Below, one piece after another: positions 1 through 12,888 of a DNA stretch of 64,000 nucleotides. The stretch comes from Balanoglossus misakiensis (lineage: Eukaryota > Animalia > Hemichordata), in the NCBI GenBank assembly GCA_040954595.2, contig CM082584.2, positions 10,816,552-10,880,551 on the forward strand, read 5' to 3'. A model generated the notes under the pieces. The model did not search any database. It had not been told where the DNA came from and saw only the letters and a program-made list of their open reading frames with translations. Position numbers and translations under genes: made by a program. Every line of letters starts with the position of its first letter. The stretch's first letter is position 1.

Positions 1-2522
1 TCTATGAGGATGCCTTTGATAAACTCCGACCCGAGAATGGTAAGAACCAGATTGCTTGATGAAAATCCGTCAGTAAATATAATGTCTGTGTTAATCCCAA
101 TTTTATCGTTTGTTGTACATGTATGAGCTTTTAACAGAATTTTTTTTTCATTTAAAAAACTTAGAACCTGATTTGAAGAAGAAAATGCGAGTTCAGCTGG
201 TGAATTACCAAGGTCTGAACGAGGCTGGGATCGATGGGGGAGGAATCTTCCGAGAGTTTCTGGCACAGCTGTTGAAGACTGGATTCGATCCCAACAGAGG
301 GTTTTTCAAGACAACGCATGACAGACTTCTGTACCCGAATCCGCAGGCCGCAATTCTCCAGGAGGATTTCACGAACCATTACTTCTTCCTCGGGCGGATG
401 TTTGGAAAGGTCAGTGCGAGGGGTGACCCTTGACCTTTCAGAGCTTTTTTTGTAAAACGCAACAATGTGGGAGACAAAACAAGGATAATGAATAAGAGGA
501 CATAGAGTCCCAGACAGAGGAATTTATTTTGTCTGATAGTGTAACGTAATCATATTTTGGACATTGTGAAGTACTGATGATATAACTGAAATAGTTTTGG
601 CTCCTGAAGTTTGTTGATCCATGACCCACTGATCCAACAGAAAACAAAACAAACACATCTCCAGAGTATATTTTCATATGAGGAAATTGGGTCAAAGTGT
701 TTAAAATCCATCTCACAATTATTATTATTTTTGCAGGCACTGTATGAGAACATGTTAGTTGAGCTGCCATTTGCCAGTTTCTTTCTGTCCAAACTTCTTG
801 GTCGACACTCGTCCGATGTCGACATTCATCATTTACATTCCCTGGATCCCGAAATGTACAAGTAAGTCCATCACCTCCGAATTCATGGAAATTTTTTGGT
901 AAAGACTGTGTTCTTTGGCATCCCCCTTTAACACCCAACGTCTGTCCTTTCTTTTCACCCTAGAAATTTACTTTTCTTGAAGAATTACGACGGCGATGTT
1001 TCTGATCTGGGTCTTGATTTCACAGTTGTGAACAACGACTTGGGTGAAGCACAGGTATGGAAAAAAATCTCGAATGAATTCTCTGTCGTGATTGCATGTT
1101 TATTATACACCTACTACCGTAACCTATGGCACTGGAGTTTTACAATAACGTTCCATATTTGTACAGTACGTCTCTGTTTGACAGCTGAAGAAGACGATAT
1201 AGAGAACACTATGTTCATTTCATGTTTATTTTCAGGCAATCTGTCAGAAAGAATAATACTCGTGTTTTGTTATGTTTTGACAGGTGCATGAGCTAAAGCC
1301 TGGTGGGAGAGAAATCCCAGTGACAAGCAATAACAGAATAGAGTACATCCATTTAATAGCAGATTATAGACTTAACAGACAGGTATAGTGGTCTGCCTTC
1401 CTCTTTGAGTAATTTTTATGTGATGTTGATTCTAGCCTGAACTAGGAATATCACTGTCTATCACTGTCTTTACAATGTCTATATGGTATTTTGCTTCATA
1501 CTGGCAGTACCACAGTGTGGGGGGGGGGGGGGGGGGTGTTATAGGGTTGTTGATACAAACAGGGCGAGTGTGAAAACAAGATTTGTTTGGAGAAGCACAG
1601 AGCCTAGTATTTGCACAAAAACAGCATCACAGAACAACATGTGTGTACACGTATATGAGTGAGTGAGCATAGTCTTATCCCTGTCTGATTTTGTTTTGTT
1701 TTGCTTAGATCCGTGCCCACTGCACAGCCTTCCGAGAAGGCCTGTCAAATGTCATCAATTTGGAGTGGCTCAGAATGTTTGACTATCACGAGCTGCAAAC
1801 GCTGGTGTCTGGTGCTCTGGTTCCTGTCGATGTGGAAGATCTCAAGAGACACACGAACTATTCAGGTGAGAAAACAAATTGTCAGCTCTGCAAATATTTA
1901 GAGTTTAGAGCATTTTCTAGATTGACAGACTAGCAACTCGTACATGCTGGAACCAGGGATTTAGAAGGGGCCACTTCACATTGGGTGCAAAATGCACATA
2001 CACCGGTTAGATCCATGCAATCTATAATTCTCTCTGCCTGTCAACTTGATCCATTAGGTTCCTACAATGTTGACCATCCGGTGATTGAAATGTTCTGGAG
2101 AGTTGTGGAGTCTCTGAATGACCGGCAGAAACGACAACTGTTGAAGTTTGTCACCAGCTGTTCGAGACCTCCATTACTTGGATTCAAGGTGAGAATTAAA
2201 TTAAATAACTTTCTATCGTTTGATTTAGAGGTCAAAGCTTACCGTAGGCAACAAGTGGTTTGGACTGAACCATGGTGGTGAAAGGGTTAAATCTAAAACC
2301 TGAATTTACCCAGCCGTAACTGACCAGGTGTTCTTTCTCGTGTCTTTTTAGGATCTCTACCCAGCATTCTGCATTCACAATGGCGGGTCGGACCTGGAAA
2401 GACTGCCCTCAGCCAGTACCTGCATGAATTTACTCAAACTGCCGGAATTTACAGAAGAAGAGGTGCTAAGAACTAAACTGTTGTACGCCATCGAGAGTGG
2501 TGCCGGTTTCGAGCTGAGCTAG
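1..2522 (+). CDS. UBE3C: HECT E3 ubiquitin ligase UBE3C, 3' part (5' end outside window). Exons <1-39, 165-409, 737-861, 964-1054, 1284-1382, 1709-1865, 2058-2188, 2352-2522
   Basis: HECT motifs [13 protein letters not shown] and [17 protein letters not shown]. The C-terminus [14 protein letters not shown]...[14 protein letters not shown] carries the catalytic Cys and is typical of UBE3C. All introns are GT-AG. AATAAA at 2894. Confidence 0.92.
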
Positions 2523-3060
2523 TTCTCTGTCCGATCACAATCTGCGAAGAGAAATGCGTCCTGAACTGGGATCGTTGTGCCTGGTTTCTGTGCGAAAGAC
2601 TACCTCTGCAAAGTTTCCGCTAACACCAAGCCAGTAACAACGTCATTGTGGATCGTCTTGTTATGTAGCGGCTGTGTTCAGCAGCCACTCAAACTGTGCT
2701 GGTTTTACACTCCTGTTCTACCAAGTGACTTGCCCTGAAAGCACACTCACAAACATTGATGTACTTGTCGTATTTATTGCACAAGTAGTAAGACAGAGAG
2801 TCCCCCTTATTTTTTATCTTTGAAACACAGGAACTTTCTTGATATTTACCAGTTTCTGTAATTACGCATTGGAAAGTGTTTGCGAAAAGATGGAATAAAG
2901 ATTTCTTTTAATGTTTTTTTTGCCAATTGTACCAGTACTGAATTTTAAAGTGATGAGCTTATTCTATGCAGCTTGTGTGTGTGTGTGGTACAACATAGGT
3001 GATGTTTATAACCTGTTGTGTCGATCATGTGTGCTTAACGTAGAAACGGGCATTGGCCTC

Positions 3061-3190
3061 AAAATCGACAGACAGCAAGGTGAAAGTTATATTACTTCCA
3101 ACGGTTCTATAGACGGGGCGACATTTCTGTCTCAAAATGACACGAGAGCGGGCGAAATTACCCAAATCAGTGAGAAAACGGTAAGGATCT
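3061..3190 (+). pseudogene. Orphan relic of the sulfotransferase stem-region exon, with its splice donor
   Basis: Aligns by eye to 4990-5114 (atc..cagacagc, acttccaacggt, cgacattt, gacacgag, gggcgaaa). Ends in the same gtaaggatct donor used at 5105 and 8717. No matching TM exon or catalytic exon is seen next to it. Confidence 0.7.
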
Positions 3191-4493
3191 TCCTAGTACC
3201 TGTAATGAATTTTTCGGAAGAAATGATAAGTTTACTCCGTGGAACTGTATGCGTGTAAAAACAAGGGCTTAGACAATATCATGGTGGAGAATCCGGGGAT
3301 ATTCGACTTAGGCTAGAGCTCTAAGGTACTCAGAGTTACGGTTCAAGTCAGATTGGGATGAGAGCAATTACGAGGCTGCAATATTAATCTCCGATGCTTG
3401 CGCCCTCAAGGGTTATCTGGACTATTTCAGCATGGGTGATTTGGTCTAGTGATTTTATGCGCGGACTTGCTACGCGAATTGGCGCGGTAGTTCTTGGGTT
3501 AGAATCAAACAAAACCACATTCAAACAATACCAGTGCCAGGGTGGACATTTCAACGTTTTGGAAGTAAATCATGTTGAAGGACGGCAAACAATAGGTTTT
3601 ATTACATGTAGGCTATAATTAAGACATTGTGAATTCAGTAGACAAAGCACCTTTTTTCTAGTCAAAATTAATAGTCTTGTTGTATATGGTTCGTATTATA
3701 TGTAGGGCATATGCCTGTTCCCTATACTTTGGCGTCGATATCAACGACAAATTAATCCAGAAGTCACAAACGAGTAAGGCACAGGTAGACTGACGCACCA
3801 AGGCAACGCTATCTCAGAGCTGTAGAAATGTCTTATTATAATTTATAATATGCATTTAGCAATGGCACGTGACAAGAAGGGGCCCTTCTCATTTGATGTT
3901 CGTTTAAGACTGACCGTCGGCTGTCTAATATATATATATATATATGCAACCGGGGCGACTTGTGGCGAGGTTGTAGCTGTTGAGTAGATATAATGGTAGT
4001 CTACATATCATCAGTAAAGCTGGCGAAGTGAAGGTATTGGGTGTTGTCTTGCTGCTGTATGTAGGCATATCCCTCGCAAGGAGCCCCTTCGATGGCGGCG
4101 TGAAATAGTATAAAGGTGAGTTCAGACATTCTCTCTGTGTGCGGTTTCCTTTCTTGAGAAAAATGGATAAAAGGTTTATGTTTAAATAAACAAACATAGA
4201 TGGTCAAGGAGGTGTTCGAGATACAGGTAGGCATACCTTACAACAATCGGAGCGGAACTGGAATATTCATGCCTAAATGCGTCAAGGTCGCGATCCGCGT
4301 AAGATTTAAGATGAATATTAATCGTGAAAGCTCGATCGACGACAATTTCGACAAGATAGCGTTATTCCCGTATCATTAACTTTAACCCACCGCACTTTGT
4401 GATCATTGACCTATTAGCTACATCGTTATTAATCCTACAGCTGGAAATAACTGACCCGGTTCAACAAACGTTATAATTGGTAAAGAGAGAGAG

Positions 4494-4615
<122 letters not shown>

Positions 4616-4654
4616 CCTTATGTTTCTTTCAGACGGTGGACTGACAATACAGAT

Positions 4655-6200
4655 ATGGGAAAGTTTATTGGTTTTACCGCCGGATTTTGCCTTCTTGTGG
4701 TCGTTGGCGTCTTACTATTTCTCGTGCAATACGGTGTTGTTAGTGAGTATATTATGAATCTTGTTTACGCCTTATTAAGTGAAGATTTCAAGGCAGAGTT
4801 ATAAAAGTCCTGACCGGGAACTTTTTTGTGTTCAACAGATATCGGACACAATTCCGGCATCACGATCAACAAACAACCGCTGCATTCGAACAGTAGTGAT
4901 GGTCACACAACCTCAAACGGCACTATTCGGAAGTTGACAGACAAACGGGGTAGTTTCGAAATGGCTGTCATCACAACACGTCATTCGGAAATCGGCAGAC
5001 AGCGCAGCGAAGAGTATGCTACTTCCAACGGTCCTGTTGGCGGGTCGACATTTCCATCTCCAGACGACACGAGATCGGGCGAAACCACAAACAGAGAGAA
5101 TTTGGTAAGGATCTCGGTGACTGCAGCAACAATTAGAATATCGAACTCATTCAACGTTTTTCATGTTCTGTTCTTGTGTCAGCTATTAAGTTTCAGTCAT
5201 GACCTAACATTAGGACTTCGTCAACATTGTAGAAAAAAACCGCGGAAAGAGTTTTGGGGATTTACGAAAGGTTTTAAAGTTGCTATCACTATGGTTACGT
5301 TGGCTAACATCAATCCCGTTCTCTTTTCGTATATTCACTGTTTATCGCGGGCATTTACAAAAAATTATTTTCATATATACATTTTTCCTTTTCCAGGTGA
5401 CAAACCTTGACGACATTCACAGGAGCAGAAAGAACCAAGTAAGGACCGAGTGCCAAAAACACAGCGAACTTGCGCAAAAGATTGACCCTGGTCTTTATGC
5501 CCACTTGTTGGTTGACGACACCTACAAAGTGATTTACTGTTCCGTGCCCAAGACGGGGAACTCCAACTGGAGACGAGTGTTTCTCGTGTTGCGGGGAGAG
5601 TTCAAGGACACCTCAAATGTGAAGGGCAGCGTCTACCGCTACAAATATAAAACCCTGGCGAATTATTCGCCACGAGAGAGACAGAAACGATTGAACACCT
5701 ACACAAAATTTATGTTCACAAGACATCCGTTCACTCGGGTACTGTCAGCGTACATCGACAAGTTTGTGGAAAAACCGGATATGTCAATAGTACGTAAACA
5801 TTTGTCAAAACTGCAAGCAGTGAACAACACGACGAAAAGGGCGTTCACGTTCAAAGAGTTCGTGAACTACGTAATTAAAACCAACCCCGCGAACTACGAT
5901 CCCCATTGGTTTGAGATCGCCCGTTACTGCCGTCCGTGTGCAGTCCATTATGATATGATCGGTAAATATGAAACTCTGATAGAAGATGCAGATTACATAC
6001 TTCGGAATATTCATGCCGAGAACGTGAATTTTCCATCAATAATTCCACACCAAACGAACAGTTCGTCTCCAGACAAACTCGAGAAATATTACAGTACGCT
6101 AACAAACGATCAAATCAATGCACTTTATAGAAGATATAAACTTGACTTTGATTTGTTTGGTTATGATGTCGATGACTACTACAACATGACACTACATTGA
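4655..6200 (+). CDS. Carbohydrate sulfotransferase (Sulfotransfer_2, CHST8-14/HNK-1 family), copy 1, ~385 aa. Exons 4655-4742, 4839-5104, 5397-6200
   Basis: Type II signal anchor (MGKFIGFTAGFCLLVVVGVLLFLV), S/T-rich stem, 5'-PSB YCSVPKTGNSNW, 3'-PB FTRHPFTRVLSAY, plus CxPC..YD.IGKYETL and YKLDFDLFGY. Exon phases sum in frame. Confidence 0.9.
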
Positions 6201-8090
6201 GTGCAACAAGCCCCATCTTAATTGAAATTGGTAAATTTCGGGAAATAAATATTGTATCTACAACACAACTATTGCATTTTATCCACTGAGATATTGCACT
6301 GGTACCAGAGCAATAGCAGGATATGTCACTGCACAAGTGCCCCCCCCCCCCTCCGGGAAGAAGTACTTCCAGGTGAACGTACTTTGTTCGGCCATCTTTC
6401 TTTCTAATCTCTGCGCTGGGCTCGACTTTTGGTCGGGGTTTAATTTCTACCTCGCACACGGTTTCGCCCGAAAGCTTCATTTCAGACGTACCTTGAAGCA
6501 CCTTGCTGGTGTACGATTTAAAATTTACATGTTTCGAGAAAAAGAAATGACAGAAAGCTATTACTTACAGTAGATGATATGCGCAATGAGAGCTGTAAGC
6601 CAGGAGAGAAAGGCACACTTCGTCAAGTCACTTTCCATGGCCGATGGATTGTGGACATTATCTTCAATGAGGCTACCAAACTTTTGGCAAATCCAGTCCA
6701 TATCGTCACAGTCATGTCATGAACTTCACTTTCACTCAGAAATTTTGTCAGAAATTGCTCTGGGTGATGGAAAGGTCGTTGTTGTCACAAATTTCAACCG
6801 TGGTGTTTGTCCGTCAGAGATTGAGTCACGAATGATGGAAGTGGTGCCTCACTGACCATCCGACAAATGTACTGTCTGACAACTATCCAATCGGAATGTG
6901 TCATTCACCAGGTGTATTTTGTTGAAGCTTGTGATTGGTTGGTGTGATTGAGAAGTTGTTTAGCATACTAAGATCACAGATGTAGTCATAATGATACATG
7001 GTGTAAGTCGGATAATGTAGTACGAGTGGAGTGCAATCGTTCAGATATAGAACTGTCAAGGCCTGTATTTATGTCGCCGTCTAAGTATCGTCTTGTTTGC
7101 GACATGGAATTAGTGTGAACGTCGCTTGTTGTTAGGGGTCACCTCAGTAGACGTCATCACCTGACTGAACAGTAGGGCCTGGACAGAAATAATCGGGGGA
7201 GGGCTTGAGCGATGGGGTCAGTATTATTCACACGGTTGTTCAGAAGAAGGTAATTAAAATTTGTGCAACCATTTGGGCGGTGGTCAGTATTTTTCATACA
7301 ACGACATTTTCAGTAACTATGTTTGTTTGTTTTTCAAGGTCGTACTTTTTGTAAACAATTGCAAGGACATGTAAAGCGCTATTGTATAGATTAACAGTTA
7401 ACGTGTCACTGACCAACCTACCCTAAATTTCTCCACCCCACTCTGGCCACAAAAATGAACTCTCCCTAGATTTGGTGTATATCTTAAGCAACGACGATAT
7501 TTTGTAAGACATAACAACGTTACAAGAACTGAGTCGACACTTTGGACGGTAAGTTCATTTAGTCAACTTCGGTTCTTCACATTCTGTTTGTCTTTTGTCC
7601 ACCGATACAGTACTGGTGTTCGGTGTTCGAAATCAACGGACAACATGGCCTTGTGGCCTTGTTAAGCTCTACGCTGTTATCGGCTAGCGACCACACCTGT
7701 GATCTGCTAGTATATACATGCGGATAGTTAACCAGCCATTGCTCCATCACCACTCCAACAAAATGGCTATGTCTACAGAAAATTCAAATTCTCTGCAGGC
7801 TCTCCACTGTCGATACCCCATAAAGCGTTTGAAATCATGGAGTCGTTTTTGGATCTCCTTTGTGCGCAAACTACAATGTCCCGAGGCCGAGGTCCTTCTC
7901 GATGCAGGGCCGTCACAGTCACTTGGACTTTGGCTTTCGTGATTAAACATAGCAGCTATGCACTAGGAAATTATAGACCACTGCCTGGTGCACTATTAAA
8001 ACATGTGAATTAAACCTCGATATTTATATCTAACGAGTTTAAAAACACCCGGATGTTATTAATTGCAGACGATGGGGTGACTAAACAGAT

Positions 8091-9820
8091 ATGAGACGTT
8101 TTGTTGGTATCACCGCTGGATTTTGCCTTCTTGTGGTCGTTGGTGTGTTACTATTCCTCTTGCAATATGGTGTTGTTAGTGAGTATGTTTTATTGCTTAA
8201 ATATACCTCATGCTAATACTGTGTCGTGATTCGCCAGAATCCGTCACGTGAAAGGAAAACTGAGGGAGAGCTACCGGTAGTTTTTTTCACTCTTAGTACA
8301 ACGAGAACATAATAGACATAAAACAGATGAAAGAATTGCACTAAGCCCTTATTTTGAGACATCTGTAAAATGTTTTAAATGAGAGAAACCTAGCCCGGAG
8401 ACACAGGCGTATTCTAGATCGGCGCCTGTGTCTCCGGGCTAAGAGAAACCCCAAATATGACTATGAACGTTTTCTACTGCCAGATATCGGATACAAATAT
8501 GACATCGTCGCCAACGTACCACTGTTACGTTCGACAGTCGGGGGAACTACTGGGAAGACGCCAAACACAAGGGAGAGTTTTGAAATAGCGGTACATACTG
8601 AAACTGGCAATCGGGGCGGTGAAGGGCACACCACCTCCATCGGTACTGTAGAGCGGTCGACACATTCATCCCAAAACGATACAACGGTTGGCGAAGCTTC
8701 CAGCACTGAAAACGTGGTAAGGATCTCACTGACTAGCTACTTGTGTGTGTTCAACTGTAAAATTAATGTAGTTTATTGCCGTACCTATTCCCCTACCCAT
8801 TTCTATCATCTGCCGCACCTGTGCCCATGGAAACACCAATTGCGGCGCTGGTGGCGCCGTAGTCGCTCCAGCTGGCTTAAAATATCGTTTTCCACTTTTT
8901 AATTGCCCCATTAGAATTGGCATATTACATGTATTTAACAAAGAGGATAACTTATGATTACCATTGGAAGTACAGTTCTCTAATCAAGTGAATATTTTTC
9001 TTTAATGTCCTTCTTTATCCAGGATATTCTTGACGATATTCATAAAAGACGAAAAGCCCGTGTAAATAGTGCGTGCCAAAAACACAGCGAACTTGCGCAA
9101 AAGATTGACCCTGGTCTTTATGGCCATTTGTTGGTTGACGACACCTACAAAGTGATTTACTGTTCCGTGCCAAAGACCGGGAACTCCAACTGGAGACGAG
9201 TGTTTCTCGTGTTACGGGGAGAGTTCAATGACACTTCAGACGTGAAGGCAGGTGTCTACAGCTTCAAATATCAAACCCTGGGAGAGTATTCACCAGAAGA
9301 GCAAGACAAACGGCTGAAGACTTACACAAAATTTATGTTCACAAGACATCCCTTTTCTCGAGTGCTGTCGGCGTACATCGACAAGTTTGTGGAAGAACCG
9401 GACATGTCAATAGTAAAGAAGTACATCCCAAAATTGCAGAAAATAAACAACTCTTCCAAATTATTTTCTTACACGTTTAGAGAGTTCGTGAACTACGTAA
9501 TCCAGACAAACCAAACCGAGTATGATCCCCACTGGTCTGTGATCGTCCGCTTCTGCAACCCGTGTGCCATCCATTATGATACCATAGGTGAATACGAAAC
9601 ACTGGAACAAGACGCCAAGTACATACTACGGCAAATTCACGCCGTGGGTGTACATTTTCCATCAATAGTTCCGCACCAAACGAACAGCTCGTCTCAAAAC
9701 AAGCTGAAGAAATATTACAGTACGCTTACAAATGAGCAAGTGAAAACATTTTATGCGCGATATAAACTTGACTTCGATGTTTTTGGTTACAAAGCCGATG
9801 ACTATTACAACATGACATGA
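8091..9820 (+). CDS. Carbohydrate sulfotransferase copy 2, ~372 aa. Exons 8091-8178, 8484-8716, 9023-9820
   Basis: Same exon structure (88-nt coding part of the TM exon, same phases) and motifs as copy 1. Confidence 0.9.
8382..8450. mobile_element. 51-bp minimal MITE (8391-8441) with 19-bp perfect TIRs and a 9-bp TSD AGAGAAACC
   Basis: tagcccggagacacaggcg (8391-8409) and cgcctgtgtctccgggcta (8423-8441). agagaaacc at 8382-8390 and 8442-8450. Confidence 0.9.
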
Positions 9821-10497
9821 TCTTGAGGATCGACCGGCCCATATGATGATATCCATATTTTCCGCGCATTGCTCAAAACTATTTTTCATAGCGACGCACT
9901 CTTTCGCTTATTAAAACAAATAAACAACCATTTTTACACGTTTCATATTTTAAATGGTGACAATTCTTTTTGTCTTAAGACTTCAGTGCTTGTTCATCAA
10001 AGCTCTTATACATAATACATGTAATTCACAATTCACTCCCCCCCCCTTTTCATGCCTACAAAAATGACACAACCATCTCCCGTTTGCCTCACCCCACTTA
10101 AAATCGAACAGTCTTCTATGGAAGTGTTTGGGGCCCATCAATCCTCCCGATAACACTTTGAATCGCGCAGGAAAAAAAACATACGGCCGTGCTTCCAACC
10201 CCGTAAATAATTGGTCGCAACTGTTCGACATAAGAGAACACTCAGTAAGGATAATGTGGTATTCCAATGAACTACCCGAACAAGACAACACTGGATTAAT
10301 ATACAGTAGCATATGTGAGTACAGCGTTAATTCTATATCCATGTATATCATGCTTTTCTTATAAAAACAACCTCCAATTTAAGAGCAAATTATTACAAAA
10401 TATTTTGCTTTTGGCGGGGCCAAATCCGTGTATTTTTCACGTCAAATGTGTTTAAAATAGTTTGATCAAATCATCTTTTCTTTCATTTCAGGCAACC

Positions 10498-12073
10498 ATG
10501 ATTCAGTCGAGACTGAAACGACTCACTGTTATACAGTTGTTCGGTTGCCTGATCGCAACAACTGTCGTAACTGTGATTTATTCAGGATATACTGGTGAGT
10601 TTCGTGAAATGGCTCGCCCAGGGGGACACTCGTCCTTAGAGATTTGAATGACCATGAAGAAATACTGACATCCTACTACACTCAAACAAACAGTTCATCT
10701 GGCTCAGTAAAAAACACGTTTAGGGCCAAATCTTATATCTTCAGACTTGCGTTTTTAATCAAAATCGACGACGCATTTGGTATACAGTTGCATGCTTCTT
10801 TATAGGCGTGTTCACCTTATGACAAATATTCTTCAATTTAAACAATATCGTATTTTTGACAACCCAGCCAAGAAACAATGTTTTGGGCTTATATTATCCG
10901 CTTTGGGGTATAAACGCGCTCTTTTAGCACGCATTTGAATGCACAATCTCTTTTTTGGCAGCTGACCTTCGCCATGAACAGCAGCAAGCAGACAAAAGGG
11001 AACATTCACAGGGAACAACTACCGAGCCATGGCAGCAGACATTTGAATCTGGTGTGAACGACAAAACGGTAAGTAAGGTATTGATATTATCGAGTATTGA
11101 AACACGTACCAGGTGTTTAAAGCACAGTCCCTCAAGAAAGAAGGTCTTTCTTGAGGGACTGTGGATTTACATATGGTCATATATGATGAAACTGGCCATT
11201 TTTATGTTTCATATATATACGGGTTCAACCTTTTCCCCCAAATTGACGCTGCTCTTCTGAATTTCGGCCTATTCTTTTTCACAGCAAGAGATGGAAACCA
11301 TTTTCAGAGAGCGAAGTGAGCGCATTGAGAGAATATGCAAGAAATATCCGGAGGTCTTCAATGGAACACCACGTCACATAGACCTTCTCATAGACGACGC
11401 ACACCGCATTCTCTACTGTCCAGTTGCAAAGGTCGCAAGCTCAAGCTGGAGACGAGTGTTTCTTATTCTCGGAAAGGTCTTCCCAAATATTTCAATGATC
11501 CGACACGTCCACAAACAGAAGTATCCAAACTTGGGTTCATATGAACCACGCGAAAGGTCTTACCGATTGCACAACTACACAAAGTTTATGTTTGCTCGAC
11601 ATCCGTTTTCGCGGCTATTATCAGCCTACAGAGACAAAATCGTAAACAAACATAATTTTTTACTTGAAGTAACTAAATTACTGGGCTATAACACATCAGA
11701 CGCACATCGGAACATAACATTCGGCGACTTTGTGGAATATCTGCTCAGGAAGGACACGACAGCGTACAACGTACACTGGGGGCTCGTCTACGGCCGATGT
11801 CACCCTTGTTTCATAAAGTACGACATTGTTGGAAAGTACGAAACCTTGAGTGAAGATTCAAACTACATAATCTCAAGAATAAATGCCAGTGGCATTGAAC
11901 AGCTTCCGAATATAGTCCCACACCGGACCAATAGCTCCTCGCTTGCCGCAAGTCAAGACTACTTCAACAAACTGACGCCGGAACAAATCAACGGACTGTA
12001 CAAGAAGTACCAACTTGATTTTGAGCTCTTTGGTTATGAAATTTCTGACTTCGTTCCAGTGAATCAAAGTTAG
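10498..12073 (+). CDS. Carbohydrate sulfotransferase copy 3 (more divergent), ~330 aa. Exons 10498-10594, 10962-11068, 11285-12073
   Basis: TM anchor, YCPVAKVASSSW, FARHPFSRLLSAYRDK, CHPCFIKYDIVGKYETL, YQLDFELFGY. Same intron phases as copies 1 and 2. Confidence 0.9.
11123..11163. repeat. Perfect 19-bp inverted repeat with a 3-nt loop (intronic)
   Basis: cacagtccctcaagaaaga-agg-tctttcttgagggactgtg. Confidence 0.9.
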
Positions 12074-12888
12074 TTTCCCGTCTATGGTCAGGCCCAGAAA
12101 ACAAACGAACTCAAAAATACAATCATGTGGTCTACGTGCATAAATTAGAATGCAACCAAAAACAACAAGAATTCTGAACACCAGGTGTGCTTCGATGTAT
12201 TTTATAGATATTTGATGTTTGGTGCTATGAATGGTCTTTAAGATGCTCCTACCATTCTTGTTTTCGTCTTACACACTCCATGTATCGACCAATACTTCTC
12301 AAAGGAGAGGACGTTGAACACACTGAATAAAGAAATACTTTATTTGGACAGCAGCATGCATTGACCAATTGCGTACATTGATTACTTGGATACTCCGTAT
12401 TTGCATATTGGTACCCTCCAACACCTGGTTTGTTGGCCACTGCACCTGTGTCAGTAACCAACGCTGGACTCGCTTGCTCTTAAAAAATTATTACAAAATG
12501 TTAAAAGTGCCAGCTATAAATCGGATTACATGTTGATTTCAACACCTCATAACTGGATAATTCACAGGCACAAACTGGCAATGTAGTCACGTTCACCTCC
12601 AGATCTGCACTCACATTCATTTATGAAGCCTTTATACAAAACTCAATCACTGAACAGTTGGTTCCTTGTTTTTCTTCCAGAAAGTTAATACTATCAACAA
12701 GTTAATAATTAACTGCTGGAAGAAGTCATGTTGGAAGAAATTACACAAAATATTAGTCTTATTGGAGCATATTATTATACAAACTGATATGCTATGGCAC
12801 ATTTTACTTGATCAAAGTATAAACGAAATTGGATCTGAAAGATCTGCATTTAAACCACAGTCCCTCCACACTGAACACATACAAATTG

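Noticed and set aside
6574-6950. Coding-looking intergenic stretch (also 3270-3560 and 12249-12461)
   Set aside because: No recognisable protein motif or exon chain in the frames I read. BLASTX would be needed.
7172-7470. Decayed MITE-like segment (tagggc...tcccta), with similar G/C-tract segments near 10030-10115 and 24881-24935
   Set aside because: Termini are too degenerate to define TIRs or TSDs by eye.
10670-10705. Short match to the sulfotransferase QTNSS codons in an intron
   Set aside because: Only about 20 nt of partial identity, so chance cannot be excluded.
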